DNA from: Candidatus Aenigmatarchaeota archaeon
GTDB taxonomy: Archaea; Aenigmatarchaeota; Aenigmatarchaeia; PWEA01
Reading direction: 5' to 3'
Length of the DNA: 64,000 nt
Assembly: GCA_046539325.1 (NCBI GenBank)
Contig: JBKHHD010000002.1
Coordinates: 1-64,000, forward strand
Shown here in pieces: positions 48,728 through 61,355 of this stretch. The notes beneath the pieces were generated by a model, which saw only the letters and a list, made by a program, of their open reading frames with translations, searched no databases and was not told the origin of the DNA. Position 1 is the first letter of the stretch. Every line of letters begins with the position of its first letter. The position numbers and the translations under genes were made by a program.

Positions 48728-50053
48728 ATGGTACTTGATAACCTTTCCGAGGGAATACAGAATGCAGTTGACAAGATCAGCGGCAAGAGTCTCGTGGACG
48801 AGGAAGTGATAAAGGAGGTGTGTAAGGACATACAACGCGCTCTGCTCCAGTCTGACGCAGACGTTGAGCTTGTCTTTGACCTCACGGAGTCGATAAAGAA
48901 GCGTGCTCTGAATGAAGAACCACCAGAAGGACTTACGGAGAAGGAGCACGTTGTAAACATTGTATACGAGGAGCTTGTGAAGTTTGTTGGTCAGGACGAG
49001 GCAAAGGTCTCTCTGGACAAAGGAAGGATACTTCTTATGGGTACCTTTGGCTCAGGAAAGACTACAACAAGCGGGAAGCTGGCGCGTTTTTACAAGAACC
49101 GTGGACTGAAGCCAGCCCTGGTTGCATGCGATACCTACAGGGAGGCAGCTTACGACCAGCTGAAGCAGATAGGCGACAGGCTTGACGTGCCTGTATACGG
49201 CGATCCGGATGAGGAGGATTCAGCTAGGGTTCTGAAGGACGCACTTGAAGAGATAGAGGAAGAGGTAGTTATCGTGGACTCCTCTGGAAGGGACGCGCTG
49301 AACGAAGATATGATAGAGGAGATAAGTACCCTAAATGATATACTGGAGCCAGACGAAAGGTTCATTGTAATTCCTGCTGACATGGGACAGCAGGCAGGAA
49401 AACAGGCTAGAAGATTTCAGGAGGAACTGGATATAACTGGCGTGGTGGTTACGAAGATGGACGGTACGGCCAAAGGTGGTGGCGCTCTTTCTGCATGTGC
49501 CGCTACAGGTGCAAGCGTGAAGTTCATAGGTACCGGAGAGGAGATGAAGGATCTGGAGAAGTACGATCCGGAGCGATTTGTCTCGCAGCTTATCGGCTAC
49601 GGTGACCTGGAGGGTCTTCTGGAGAGAGTCGATGAAGAAGAAGCGGCGGAGCAGGCCAAAAAGATGATGGAAGGTGAGTTTACGTTAGAGGACTTCCAGA
49701 GCCAGATGGAGCAGGTCCAGTCCATGGGCTCTCTGGACGAAGTTATGGGCAAGATTCCAGGGATAAGCAAATCAAAGCTTCCGGATGGGTTGATAGATAT
49801 GCAGGAGGAGAAGATGGAGCTATACAACTATATAATAGATTCTATGACGCCTGAAGAAAAGAAGGATCCCAAGGTCATAGGCTCTTCGAGGAAGAGGAGG
49901 ATAGCCAAAGGTTCCGGGACGGAGGTTGAGAACGTCTCCGAGCTCATCAAGCTGTACAGGCAGTCGAAGAAGGCCATGAAGATGTTCAAAGGCGGAAGAG
50001 GCGGAATGAAGGGTAATCTGAAAAAGATGATGAAGCAGTTCGGCGGATTCTGA
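48728..50053 (+). CDS. srp54: Signal recognition particle protein SRP54
   Basis: ALLQSD, GSGKTT, DTYR.AA, TKMDG.AKGGG, IDSMT, RIAKGSG; Met-rich tail. Confidence 0.97.
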   Translation: MVLDNLSEGIQNAVDKISGKSLVDEEVIKEVCKDIQRALLQSDADVELVFDLTESIKKRALNEEPPEGLTEKEHVVNIVYEELVKFVGQDEAKVSLDKGRILLMGTFGSGKTTTSGKLARFYKNRGLKPALVACDTYREAAYDQLKQIGDRLDVPVYGDPDEEDSARVLKDALEEIEEEVVIVDSSGRDALNEDMIEEISTLNDILEPDERFIVIPADMGQQAGKQARRFQEELDITGVVVTKMDGTAKGGGALSACAATGASVKFIGTGEEMKDLEKYDPERFVSQLIGYGDLEGLLERVDEEEAAEQAKKMMEGEFTLEDFQSQMEQVQSMGSLDEVMGKIPGISKSKLPDGLIDMQEEKMELYNYIIDSMTPEEKKDPKVIGSSRKRRIAKGSGTEVENVSELIKLYRQSKKAMKMFKGGRGGMKGNLKKMMKQFGGF

Positions 50054-50073
50054 TCCAGAGAAGTTTCTGTGTT

Positions 50074-50694
50074 CTAAAACGAAAGAGCTTCTAAAGGAAC
50101 AGTTTGACCTCCAGCAGATGCGGAAGACTCTATTCCTCCTAACCAGAAAAGCGGTATGAAAACAATTAAGACAACTACTAATCCCAGTAATACAGTACCT
50201 AATATAACTGAAGCCGCTGCTTTTCCGGTGCTCATTCCATGCATCTTCTCTATGCCCCTTGCTTCCGCATATATAATGTAGATAAAAACAAGAAGGTTTA
50301 AGATCGGTATCCATCCAAAAAGAGCATTTATAGCAGTCGGGTAGGAAACAGCTTCTGTAGTTTTCTGATACCCATCAAATCCAAACAGCTTTACAAAGAC
50401 ATGGATAAATCCTGACTGTAACAGTAAGCCAAGGGTCCCGCTGATCACGCCAACTAAAAGAAGGTAAAAAAGGCTTTCAAGCACTGATACACCCGGCATC
50501 GGTTTGGTCCCAATGCCAGCCATTATTTGAATCTCCTGTGAAACAAAGACAAGGAGTGATAGAACTATGCCGGATGTAACCGCGAATTTGATTGGATAAC
50601 TGTAGTTCCCTCTTTGTTCAACATCTTCGTAGAAGTCCACGGGACTTAAAACAATTTTCTTGGCCTGTTCAGCCCACTCCTTGAGCCAGTTCAT
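50074..50694 (-). CDS. Yip1-domain membrane protein
   Basis: P..F, H.FVKLFG..GY..T...V.Y, WIP, G....H.MS..KA; 5 TM. Confidence 0.78.
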   Translation of the reverse strand: MNWLKEWAEQAKKIVLSPVDFYEDVEQRGNYSYPIKFAVTSGIVLSLLVFVSQEIQIMAGIGTKPMPGVSVLESLFYLLLVGVISGTLGLLLQSGFIHVFVKLFGFDGYQKTTEAVSYPTAINALFGWIPILNLLVFIYIIYAEARGIEKMHGMSTGKAAASVILGTVLLGLVVVLIVFIPLFWLGGIESSASAGGQTVPLEALSF

Positions 50695-50746
50695 AGTTGG
50701 TATTAGTAAAAAGAGATTTAAAAGCTTGGAGTCTTAGAGGTAAGCT

Positions 50747-51313
50747 ATGCGAATACTGTTGATAGGCGATATGCATATTCCGGAAGAAGCTGAGGAGATT
50801 CCAGACGAGTTCTTGGAAGAAGCAGAGAGCTGCGACCTTATAATATGTACAGGCGATTTGACAGAAAATATGGTTCTTGATGAGCTGTTTGAGAGGGCAA
50901 AGGTAAGAGCCGTCAAAGGAGAAAAGGACTACATAGATCTTCCTGAGCAAGACCTTGTGACTATAGAAGAAATGAAGTTCGGCGTTGTTCACGGTCATCA
51001 GATCGATGAAGTTATCGACAGCGAGAACGAGAAGATGGAGGACGAAAGAGATAGAAGCTGCGAGGCAAGTGAAGAAGAAGGCAAGGACAGCGACGGAAAA
51101 GGACATGCGGAAAAGCTCATGGAGTTCGCAGATCTGTTGAAGGCAAACGTTCTGGTTACAGGTCATACACACAAGCCTTTCAGAACAGAAAAGAGCGGAA
51201 CTGTCCTTCTAAACCCTGGAAGTGCTACAGGCGTTGGCGGCGGAAAAAGAACCTGTATGGTCGTTGAAGTGGAGGGCACGGATCTGAGGGAATGTGAAAT
51301 TCTTACAGCGTAA
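50747..51313 (+). CDS. Metallophosphoesterase, YfcE/Vps29 family
   Basis: IGD.HIP, CTGD, HGHQ, GHTH, NPGSATG; acidic insertion. Confidence 0.88.
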   Translation: MRILLIGDMHIPEEAEEIPDEFLEEAESCDLIICTGDLTENMVLDELFERAKVRAVKGEKDYIDLPEQDLVTIEEMKFGVVHGHQIDEVIDSENEKMEDERDRSCEASEEEGKDSDGKGHAEKLMEFADLLKANVLVTGHTHKPFRTEKSGTVLLNPGSATGVGGGKRTCMVVEVEGTDLRECEILTA

Positions 51314-51366
51314 CTGAGGACGAGAAACACTTTTATATTTTGCTCCAGAACTTAGTTTTGGTAGAG

Positions 51367-51984
51367 ATGTTGGAGAGATTAAAGAGGTTACTGTCCGGCC
51401 TTTTCGGCGACAAAAATCAGATAAAGCTTGGTATATACGGTCCACCGAACACAGGAAAGACTACACTCGCAAACAGAATTTCTGAGGAGTTCACAGGCGA
51501 AGAGATGGGTAGTGCTTCTGAAGTTCCGCATGAGACAAGGGCTGTCCAGAAGAAGGAGAAGGTGAACCTGCAGACGGATGGAAAAGAGATATCGATGAAC
51601 CTCCTGGACATGCCAGGTATTTCTACGAAGGTCGACTACAATGATTTCGTTGACCATGGAATAGATGAAGACGAAGCGAAGGTCAGGAGCAAAGAAGCAA
51701 CGAAAGGTGTAGTCGAAGCCATAAAGTGGTTGGACAAGGTCGACGCTGTTCTAGTTGTCTTTGATTCTACGGATGATCCTTATACGCAGGTCAATGTAAC
51801 CATTCTCGGAAATCTCGAGGCAAAGGACATCCCAATAATACTTGTAGCGAACAAAACAGACCTCGATGAGGCAGATCCAGAAAGCATACAGGACGCGTTC
51901 CCACAGTACAACTTCACGCAGATTTCTGCCAAGGAGAAGGACAACCTCGACGATCTGTACAAGGAGATAGTTGAAAACGTCTAA
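51367..51984 (+). CDS. oapA: Small Era-like GTPase OapA/ArvA
   Basis: IGIYGPPN.GKTTLAN-like, PHETR, D.PG, EATKGVVEAIKWL, DP.TQVN, ANK.D. Confidence 0.88.
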   Translation: MLERLKRLLSGLFGDKNQIKLGIYGPPNTGKTTLANRISEEFTGEEMGSASEVPHETRAVQKKEKVNLQTDGKEISMNLLDMPGISTKVDYNDFVDHGIDEDEAKVRSKEATKGVVEAIKWLDKVDAVLVVFDSTDDPYTQVNVTILGNLEAKDIPIILVANKTDLDEADPESIQDAFPQYNFTQISAKEKDNLDDLYKEIVENV

Positions 51985-51994
51985 GGTGCTTTAG

Positions 51995-52378
51995 ATGGCC
52001 AAGAAAAAGAAGGAAAAGAAGGGTGGAGTAAAGATAGAGTTTCTTTCAAGGTTGAGGCTCCAGGAGAAGGCCTTTGAAGATAAGCTCGACATGATAATGG
52101 ACGGCGTCAAGGACGAAAACATCTTGGTTCTGGAAGAAGCTTTGAGTCCACAGGAAAAAACGCAGCTTATAGAGAAGTCGATGGAAGAGTGCGACGAAGA
52201 TTTTCCTGGCATAGAGTTCTCAGGATTCGATGCCAGGGAGAACTGGATTGAGAAAATTTTAGGTACTATAACAGGCAAACCTCAGAAGGACGGCCTGCTT
52301 ATCGTTGGTTCTTCCGACGTGATGGAGAAAGTGGAGGAAGACAAAGACGCTATTTCAATGATAGCCAAGCTGGAGTGA
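51995..52378 (+). CDS. oapB: OapB/ArvB (DUF2073)
   Basis: ILVLEE.L.P.E...LIE..M, F.GIE; directly after oapA. Confidence 0.85.
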   Translation: MAKKKKEKKGGVKIEFLSRLRLQEKAFEDKLDMIMDGVKDENILVLEEALSPQEKTQLIEKSMEECDEDFPGIEFSGFDARENWIEKILGTITGKPQKDGLLIVGSSDVMEKVEEDKDAISMIAKLE

Positions 52379-52382
52379 TCTG

Positions 52383-52775
52383 ATGCCACACAAGTGCTTG
52401 AACTGCGGGAAGACACTCGAGGAAGATTCGGACGAGCTTATGGAAGGCTGTAGTAACTGCGGCCAGAAGCTGTTCGTTTTCGAAGGCGATAAGGACATAA
52501 GTGATAGTGAAAGAGACTCTATAGTTCAGGACGTGGAGGAGTTCATGGACAACCTTGAAGAGGAAGAAGAAGCAAAGAAGAGGCTTCAGGAAGCGATGGA
52601 GTTCGACCTCGAATCGATAAAGGTAGAGGAACCAGGCGTTTACGAGATAAACCTGAGGAAGCTTCTTGAGGAGATTCCACTTATTGTGGAGATGAAGGAA
52701 GGCGAGTACTACATATACCTACCTTCTGCCTTCAGTAAGGATAGGAAGAACATACGTATAGACGACCTGGTTTAA
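52383..52775 (+). CDS. oapC: OapC/ArvC zinc-ribbon protein (DUF2072)
   Basis: MPHKC..CG......GC..CG..F, ESI.V..PG.YEINL, G.Y.I. Confidence 0.85.
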   Translation: MPHKCLNCGKTLEEDSDELMEGCSNCGQKLFVFEGDKDISDSERDSIVQDVEEFMDNLEEEEEAKKRLQEAMEFDLESIKVEEPGVYEINLRKLLEEIPLIVEMKEGEYYIYLPSAFSKDRKNIRIDDLV

Positions 52776-52824
52776 GGAACTCCGGTACTAGCTTATTTAA
52801 TTGTTGAAACCAAAGATATTTTCT

Positions 52825-54102
52825 ATGAAATTTGAAAGTTTGAAGGGTTTCCGGGACTTTTTGCCCGAGGAGATGGTTGCAAGAAGGGAGGTCTTCGATA
52901 GAGTTGAGAATGTTGTAGGGAAGTTCGGCTTCAGGGAGATAGATCTTCCTTCCCTGGAAAAAAGGAAGCTGTTCGAGGTGAAGAGCGGGGAAGAGCTAGT
53001 TGACCAGACATACAGCTTCAAGGACAAGGGCGAAAGGAATGTAACCTTGATTCCTGAGCAGACTCCGTCCCGAGCCAGACTGTTAGCGCAGGAGAAGTCG
53101 TTGAACCGGCCCGTGAAGTGGTACTCCACATCGAAGCGCTGGCGCTACGAGCAGACGCAGAAGGGAAGGCTGAGGGAGTTCTATCAAACGGATATAGACA
53201 TCTTCGGCGCGAACAGCGTGGAGGCAGACGCGGAAATACTTGCAGTCCTGGTCGAGATTATGGACGAGCTGGAGGTATTGGACGCTGTGGACGTTCTCGT
53301 AAACGACAGAAACCTTATGGAAGAGGTACTGGAAGAAGAAGGCACCGAAGAGAAGAGAAAGGTCATGGAAATTATAGACGACAAGGAGAAGATGAAAAGA
53401 GAAGAGTTTATGGAAGAGCTGATGGACATCGGACTTGGCAAGGAGGAAAGTGAGAGGATAGAGGAGCTCACCTCTATCAGCGGGCCGATTGGACAGAAGC
53501 TGGGGGAGGTAGAAGAGCTTGTATCAGAGGATAACAAAGCTCTGGAGAGGATGATGGAGCTGAAGGAAATTCTCAAGAGCTACGGTGTTCTTGACAAGGT
53601 AAAGCTGGACATGTCGATAGTCCGCGGCTTGGACTACTACACAGGCCTCGTGTTCGAAGTTTTTGATAAGAAAGGTGAGCTGCGCGCTATATGCGGCGGT
53701 GGTAGGTACGACGAGCTTGTTGAGCTTTTCGGCGGTGAAAGTGTTCCTGCAGTTGGCTTCGCGATAGGGGACGCGGTTATCGAGGAGCTTATGAGAAGAG
53801 AAGATGTTTGGCCTGAGGAAGAGCTAGAAACGGACGTGTACGTGCTTCCTGTATCTGATGAAATCCGCGAGGAAGCTACGGACATTGTCAGAAAGTTGAG
53901 GGACGAAGAGCTGATTGTTGAAACCGACCTCAAGAACAGGAACGTTTCGGCGCAGCTGAACTACGCTAATTCGATAGGCGCAGACAAGGTAATTATAGTT
54001 GGTGAAAGGGACCTGAAAGAAGGTAAGGTAACAGTAAAAGACATGGAGTCGGGAGACGAAAAACTAATAAGTTTGGAGGAAGTAGTTGAGAAAGTCAAAT
54101 AA
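52825..54102 (+). CDS. hisS: Histidine--tRNA ligase
   Basis: KGFRDF, WRYE..QKGRLREFYQ, VRGLDYYTG, GGGRYD; anticodon-binding domain. Confidence 0.97.
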   Translation: MKFESLKGFRDFLPEEMVARREVFDRVENVVGKFGFREIDLPSLEKRKLFEVKSGEELVDQTYSFKDKGERNVTLIPEQTPSRARLLAQEKSLNRPVKWYSTSKRWRYEQTQKGRLREFYQTDIDIFGANSVEADAEILAVLVEIMDELEVLDAVDVLVNDRNLMEEVLEEEGTEEKRKVMEIIDDKEKMKREEFMEELMDIGLGKEESERIEELTSISGPIGQKLGEVEELVSEDNKALERMMELKEILKSYGVLDKVKLDMSIVRGLDYYTGLVFEVFDKKGELRAICGGGRYDELVELFGGESVPAVGFAIGDAVIEELMRREDVWPEEELETDVYVLPVSDEIREEATDIVRKLRDEELIVETDLKNRNVSAQLNYANSIGADKVIIVGERDLKEGKVTVKDMESGDEKLISLEEVVEKVK

Positions 54103-54107
54103 CGTGT

Positions 54108-54181
54108 GGCCGGGATGGTGTAGCGGTTTAGCACGAGGGCCTGTGGAGCCCTTAGCCCGGGTTCGAATCTCGGTCCCGGCC
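54108..54181 (+). tRNA. tRNA-His(GTG) with genomic G-1
   Basis: G-GCCGGGA/TCCCGGC-C; AGGGC CT GTG GA GCCCT. Confidence 0.95.
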
Positions 54182-55905
54182 CTTTTTCTTGACCTTTAAA
54201 TAGTTCCAATGTTAATCTAGAGCTGCGCGGTTTTTGGTGGGGTTGCCGTAAGATATTTAAACCTCACTCTGAATTACTTTACGCTGTTAAGGCGTGCCGG
54301 CGTAGTTGAGCCTTGGACGTTCTGACGTCCAGCGATGACCAAAATTCCAGGCACGAACAAATGATGAGGAAGGGAGTTCAATCTCTTCTGATGTAGGAAA
54401 CCCGAGAATGAAACCGAGAGGTTTCAGTAGCCAAATGTAGTTGGTGTGACGCGAGGACTAGTTTACTCTCTTACCAATTCCGGTTGATCCTGCCGGAGGC
54501 TACCGCTATCGGGATTCGATTTAGCCATGCGAGCCGAGGGTGGTTTATCCGCCCGGCGGACTGCTCAGTAACACGTAGTCAACCTCCCCTCAGGACGAGT
54601 ATAACCCCGGGAAACTGGGACTAATACTCGATAGGAAAGGGATACTGGAATGTTCCCTTTCTGAAATGTTCCGACGCCTGAGGATGGGACTGCGGTGGAT
54701 TAGGTCGTTGGGGGTGTAACGGACCTCCAAGCCTATAATCCATACGGGCGTTGAGAGACGGAGCCCGGAGACGGACTCTGAGACACGAGTCCGGGCCCTA
54801 CGGGGCGCAGCAGGCACGAAACTTTTACAATGCGTGAAAGCGCGATAAAGGGATCCCGAGCGCCTTGGCATTGCCAAGGCTTTTTTGGAGTGTAAAAAGC
54901 TCCACGAATAAGGGGTGGGAAAAACGGGTGCCAGCCGCCGCGGTAATACCCGTGCCCCAAGTGGTGACCACGATTATTGGGCCTAAAGCGTCCGTAGCCG
55001 GCCGGATGGGTCCTCAGTGAAATCCTGCGCTAAAACGTAGGACTTGCCGGGGAAACTATTCGGCTTGGGACCGGGAGAGGTCGGGGCTATTCCTGGGGTA
55101 GCGGTAAAATGCTGTAATCCCAGGAAGAGCGCCTGTGGCGAAAGCGCCCGGCTGGAACGGCTCCGACGGTGAGGGACGAAAGCCAGGGTAGCGAAGGGGA
55201 TTAGATACCCCCGTAGTCCAGGCCGTTAACGATGCCCGTTTGGTGTAGCATCTCCTACGTGGAGGCGCTGTGCCGTAGCGTAGGTGTTAAGCGGGCCGCC
55301 TGGGGAGTACGTCCGCAAGGATGAAACTTAAGGGAATTGGCGGGGAAGCACCACAAGCGGTGGAGGCTGCGGTTTAATTGGATTCAACGCCAGGAACGTT
55401 ACCAGCGCTGACAGCATGATGACGGTCCGCTTGAAGAGCGTACCTGAAGCGCTGAGAGGTGTTGCATGGCCATCGTCAGCTCGTACTGTGAAGCGTCCGG
55501 TTAAGTCCGGTAACGAGCAAGACCCACATCCCTAGTTGCTATCGTGTCCTTCGGGACGCGAGCACTCTAGGGAGACCGCCTCCGACAAGGGGGAGGAAGG
55601 TGTGGGCGACGGTAGGTCTGTATGGCCCGAATGCGCTGGGCTACACGCGGCCTACAATGGTCGGGGCAGCGGGTTGCGACTCCGAGAGGAGGAGCTAATC
55701 CCAAAACCCGGCCTTAGTTCGAATCGAGGGCTGAAACCCGCCCTCGTGAAGCCGGAATCGCTAGTAAGCGAGGGTCACTATCTCTCGCTGAATACGTCCC
55801 TGCTTCTTACACACACCGCCCGTCAAGCCATCCGAGTGGAGCCTTGATGAGGCTTGGGAAATTTTCTCAGGTCTAATCAGGGCTCCGCAAGGAGGGCTAA
55901 GTCGT

Positions 55906-56719
55906 AAATTAATTGCGACCTCGGACCGAAAGGTTCGAGAAAACCCGGCTGTATGCTGGAAACTCCACTCATACCAGGCTGCCGGAATTGTCCTAAGCTT
56001 TTTATCAAAAGCACGGGCAATGTAAGGTAGAGAGGTCTGGTCGTTGTGGACAATCAGCAGGGAAGCTCACTACTCTGACCTGAAAAGGTGAGGTATAGCC
56101 CCTCAGAGACTGCACGCCGGCCCCTAACGGAGCTGATTGGATGTCACAAAGCTACCTCAAGGGAATACTTCACGATGCCACGGAAAGGAAGTACACCTAC
56201 CGAATTTCACAAAAGAACAAAGATTTCATTGAAAAGCTGGCCGAAATGATTCGAGATCTGGGCAAAAAAGCCTGGATTTAAGAAGAAGGCAACCGAGGAA
56301 TATACGTAGTGGAATTTAGTAAGAGTGGTCTCAAAAAGCAAGAAATCGAAACAAGACAAGAAAAAAGAGACTATATCCGTGGCTACTTCGACGCTGAAGG
56401 AAGCGTTCCAAGGAGTCCTGAAGTGCGACCTTACATTTACTTCGCACAACAGGACAAAAAAGACCTAAAGAAAGTGAAGAAATTCATTGAGGAGTTTTAA
56501 ATTGAAACAGGCAAACTCCACAGACCCAGTAAGGAGTCTGATCCAGATTACTGGAGATTTTACATCTCCACAAAGGATCACAAAAAATTTGCCAGAGAAA
56601 TAGGCTCTTGGCATCCAAAGAAAAATCAGCTGCTGAGGGAGATGAGACAGTCCACGCCTCGATGCGAGTCGGGGTGACACTTTCAAAGTGTCCGAACACC
56701 ATTATGGTGTGAGCATGTG
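55906..56719 (+). mobile_element. Group I intron in 16S rRNA after the U1498-equivalent
   Basis: P1 GTCGT/GCGAC with U.G at the splice site; TGCTGGAAA, AATCAGCAGG, TCAGAGACTG, GAGACAGTCC core; terminal G; exons rejoin as AAGTCGT|AACAAGG. Confidence 0.93.
56141..56677 (+). pseudogene. Intron-encoded two-motif LAGLIDADG homing endonuclease, interrupted by two in-frame TAA
   Basis: SYLKGILHDAT and DYIRGYFDAEG in one frame; TAA at 56279-56281 and 56498-56500. Confidence 0.85.
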
Positions 56720-56760
<41 letters not shown>

Positions 56761-56809
56761 AATTCATACCAACTACAGGCTAAAATTTCGGGTTTCCTAA
56801 AGAACATAC

Positions 56810-57018
56810 GGGCCCGTGGTCTAATGGCAATGCAGAACCGTGTTCCGATTTACGGTTTGCACCGGAATGACGTCGCCCTTGCAAGGCGAAGACTGTGGGT
56901 TCAAAAGAGACCACTTTGGAATGAAAACACTTTACTGAAAACGGAGTTTTCGTAAAGATCCAAGCTTCGTTTGAAATATTTTCCAAAGGGTTTTCTGGAA
57001 TTCCCACCGGGTCCACCA
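56810..57018 (+). tRNA. tRNA-Ala(TGC) in the rRNA spacer with two non-canonical introns (D-loop 56830-56867; T-loop 59/60 56906-57001)
   Basis: GGGCCCG/CGGGTCC acceptor with G3.U70; TCGCC CT TGC AA GGCGA; BHB-like junctions; CCA encoded. Confidence 0.9.
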
Positions 57019-57365
57019 GTACTGTTCGCGATTTTAGAAAGTTTTAAATAACTTCACTGTTACAGGACTTTTGAACCTGATACAGGCCTGATAAGATGAC
57101 TGGAAAGTAAGACTTGAAGGATTAGTTGCTTACTTCAGTCTGTTCTTTTTCGTTTTGTTGTATAGTTTTAATGTGCAGCTCTCTACCGCAGGTAGAGGGT
57201 GAAGAGTGATAAGGGACGATGAATTGAGTTTTGTGAACACCCTTTGATCCCGAGAGGGAGATGATAGTAAGACGATCACAAGAGTCCCTTGGATGAGCTG
57301 TTATACGTCAAGTCTTGGAAACTTATGTTTCCAGTTTGAAATCCGAGAGGATTTCAAGACCCACC

Positions 57366-60374
<3,009 letters not shown>

Positions 60375-60491
60375 GGTGGATCTTGAAATCAAGGAACACA
60401 AACTTAGAAACAGAGGTTTCCAAGACTTGGCGTATAGCAGCTGAAGCTCTTTTCTCATAAGATTTAAATTGTTAGAATCAAATGTTCCTAC

Positions 60492-60947
60492 TGTGGTGAG
60501 CTGGAGAGGGACCACCGGGATAGTTTGGATGAGGTTGTTTTCCTTCACAGGAAACACCCTTGTATTCCCGGAGGAAGCTCCTCCCACCCGTTGTGCTGTA
60601 AAAGTGCAACGAGGCCCAGGCTCGCAAGAGTCCGTCCTGAGAGGGAACGGAACAGGGAACAGAAACGATACCCCCGCGCTGGAGCGTTGAAAGCTGAGAA
60701 GGCACGGAGGGATGGAACGTACCCTGATCTGGGTGGTGCAAGACCAAATAGGCTCCGGGAAATGGATGTGCCTTGCACGTCGGTCTCTTGGAGCGGGTAG
60801 GTCGCTATTTGGAGTCCGTGAGGGCTTCAAACTTGGAAGCATCTGCTTCCGAGAAGATGAATGTCCCGAAGACCTGACATGGACGCGGACTTCGTCCACG
60901 TCGTTTTTGGGTCCGAACAGAAGGAGGGCTACTCCCAGCACACCACA
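60492..60947 (+). ncRNA. rnpB: RNase P RNA
   Basis: P1 TGTGGTG/CACCACA; GAGGAAGCTCCTCCC, ACAGAAAC, GGTGCAAG, AGATGAATG, AACAGAAGGAGGGCTA; TATA-like box near 60462. Confidence 0.93.
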
Positions 60948-60973
60948 CTATTTTCTCGCTTGGATTTTAGGCA

Positions 60974-61355
60974 CTACAGAACTTTACGCTTTATTCTTCT
61001 GTAATATCTGAGGAACAAACCTATAATAATCGAAAAGGCAGTAAATATCAGAAAGTAATAAGGTGGAAACAGCTCTTCGGGTGGGGCTGTTGGAGCTGGT
61101 CTTGTTTCGAGACCCAAAGTAAGTTGAAATAAGAGAATAGTGACGAATATAGTTAACAAAATCAAGGCCTTTCTCTGCATCTTGTCGTAACCTGTAAATA
61201 TAATATAAATTACTAAGACAAGACCAGCAAGTGGTAGTATGAGAGTAGAAGTAAAGCCGACAACAGGTCTAAGGGTTGAAGCTATGAAACCAAGTAAAAA
61301 TAAAAAATCCGAAAACTAAGAAGGATTTTCCGGCTTTCTCTGTAAAGTTTCTCAT
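60974..61355 (-). pseudogene. Small 4-TM membrane protein gene with a 1-nt frameshift in a T homopolymer
   Basis: MRNFTEKAGKSFLVFGF from ATG 61355 joins LFLLGFIASTLRP...GYDKMQRKALILL if one base near 61302-61307 is removed. Confidence 0.55.

Noticed and set aside
51340-52800. Replication origin next to oapABC, as in haloarchaea
   Set aside because: No cdc6/orc1, no recognisable ORB repeats and no sizeable intergenic gap
56279-56500. In-frame TAA codons as evidence of stop-codon recoding
   Set aside because: TAA ends many intact genes here (for example at 3217, 9219, 54102); pseudogenisation is simpler
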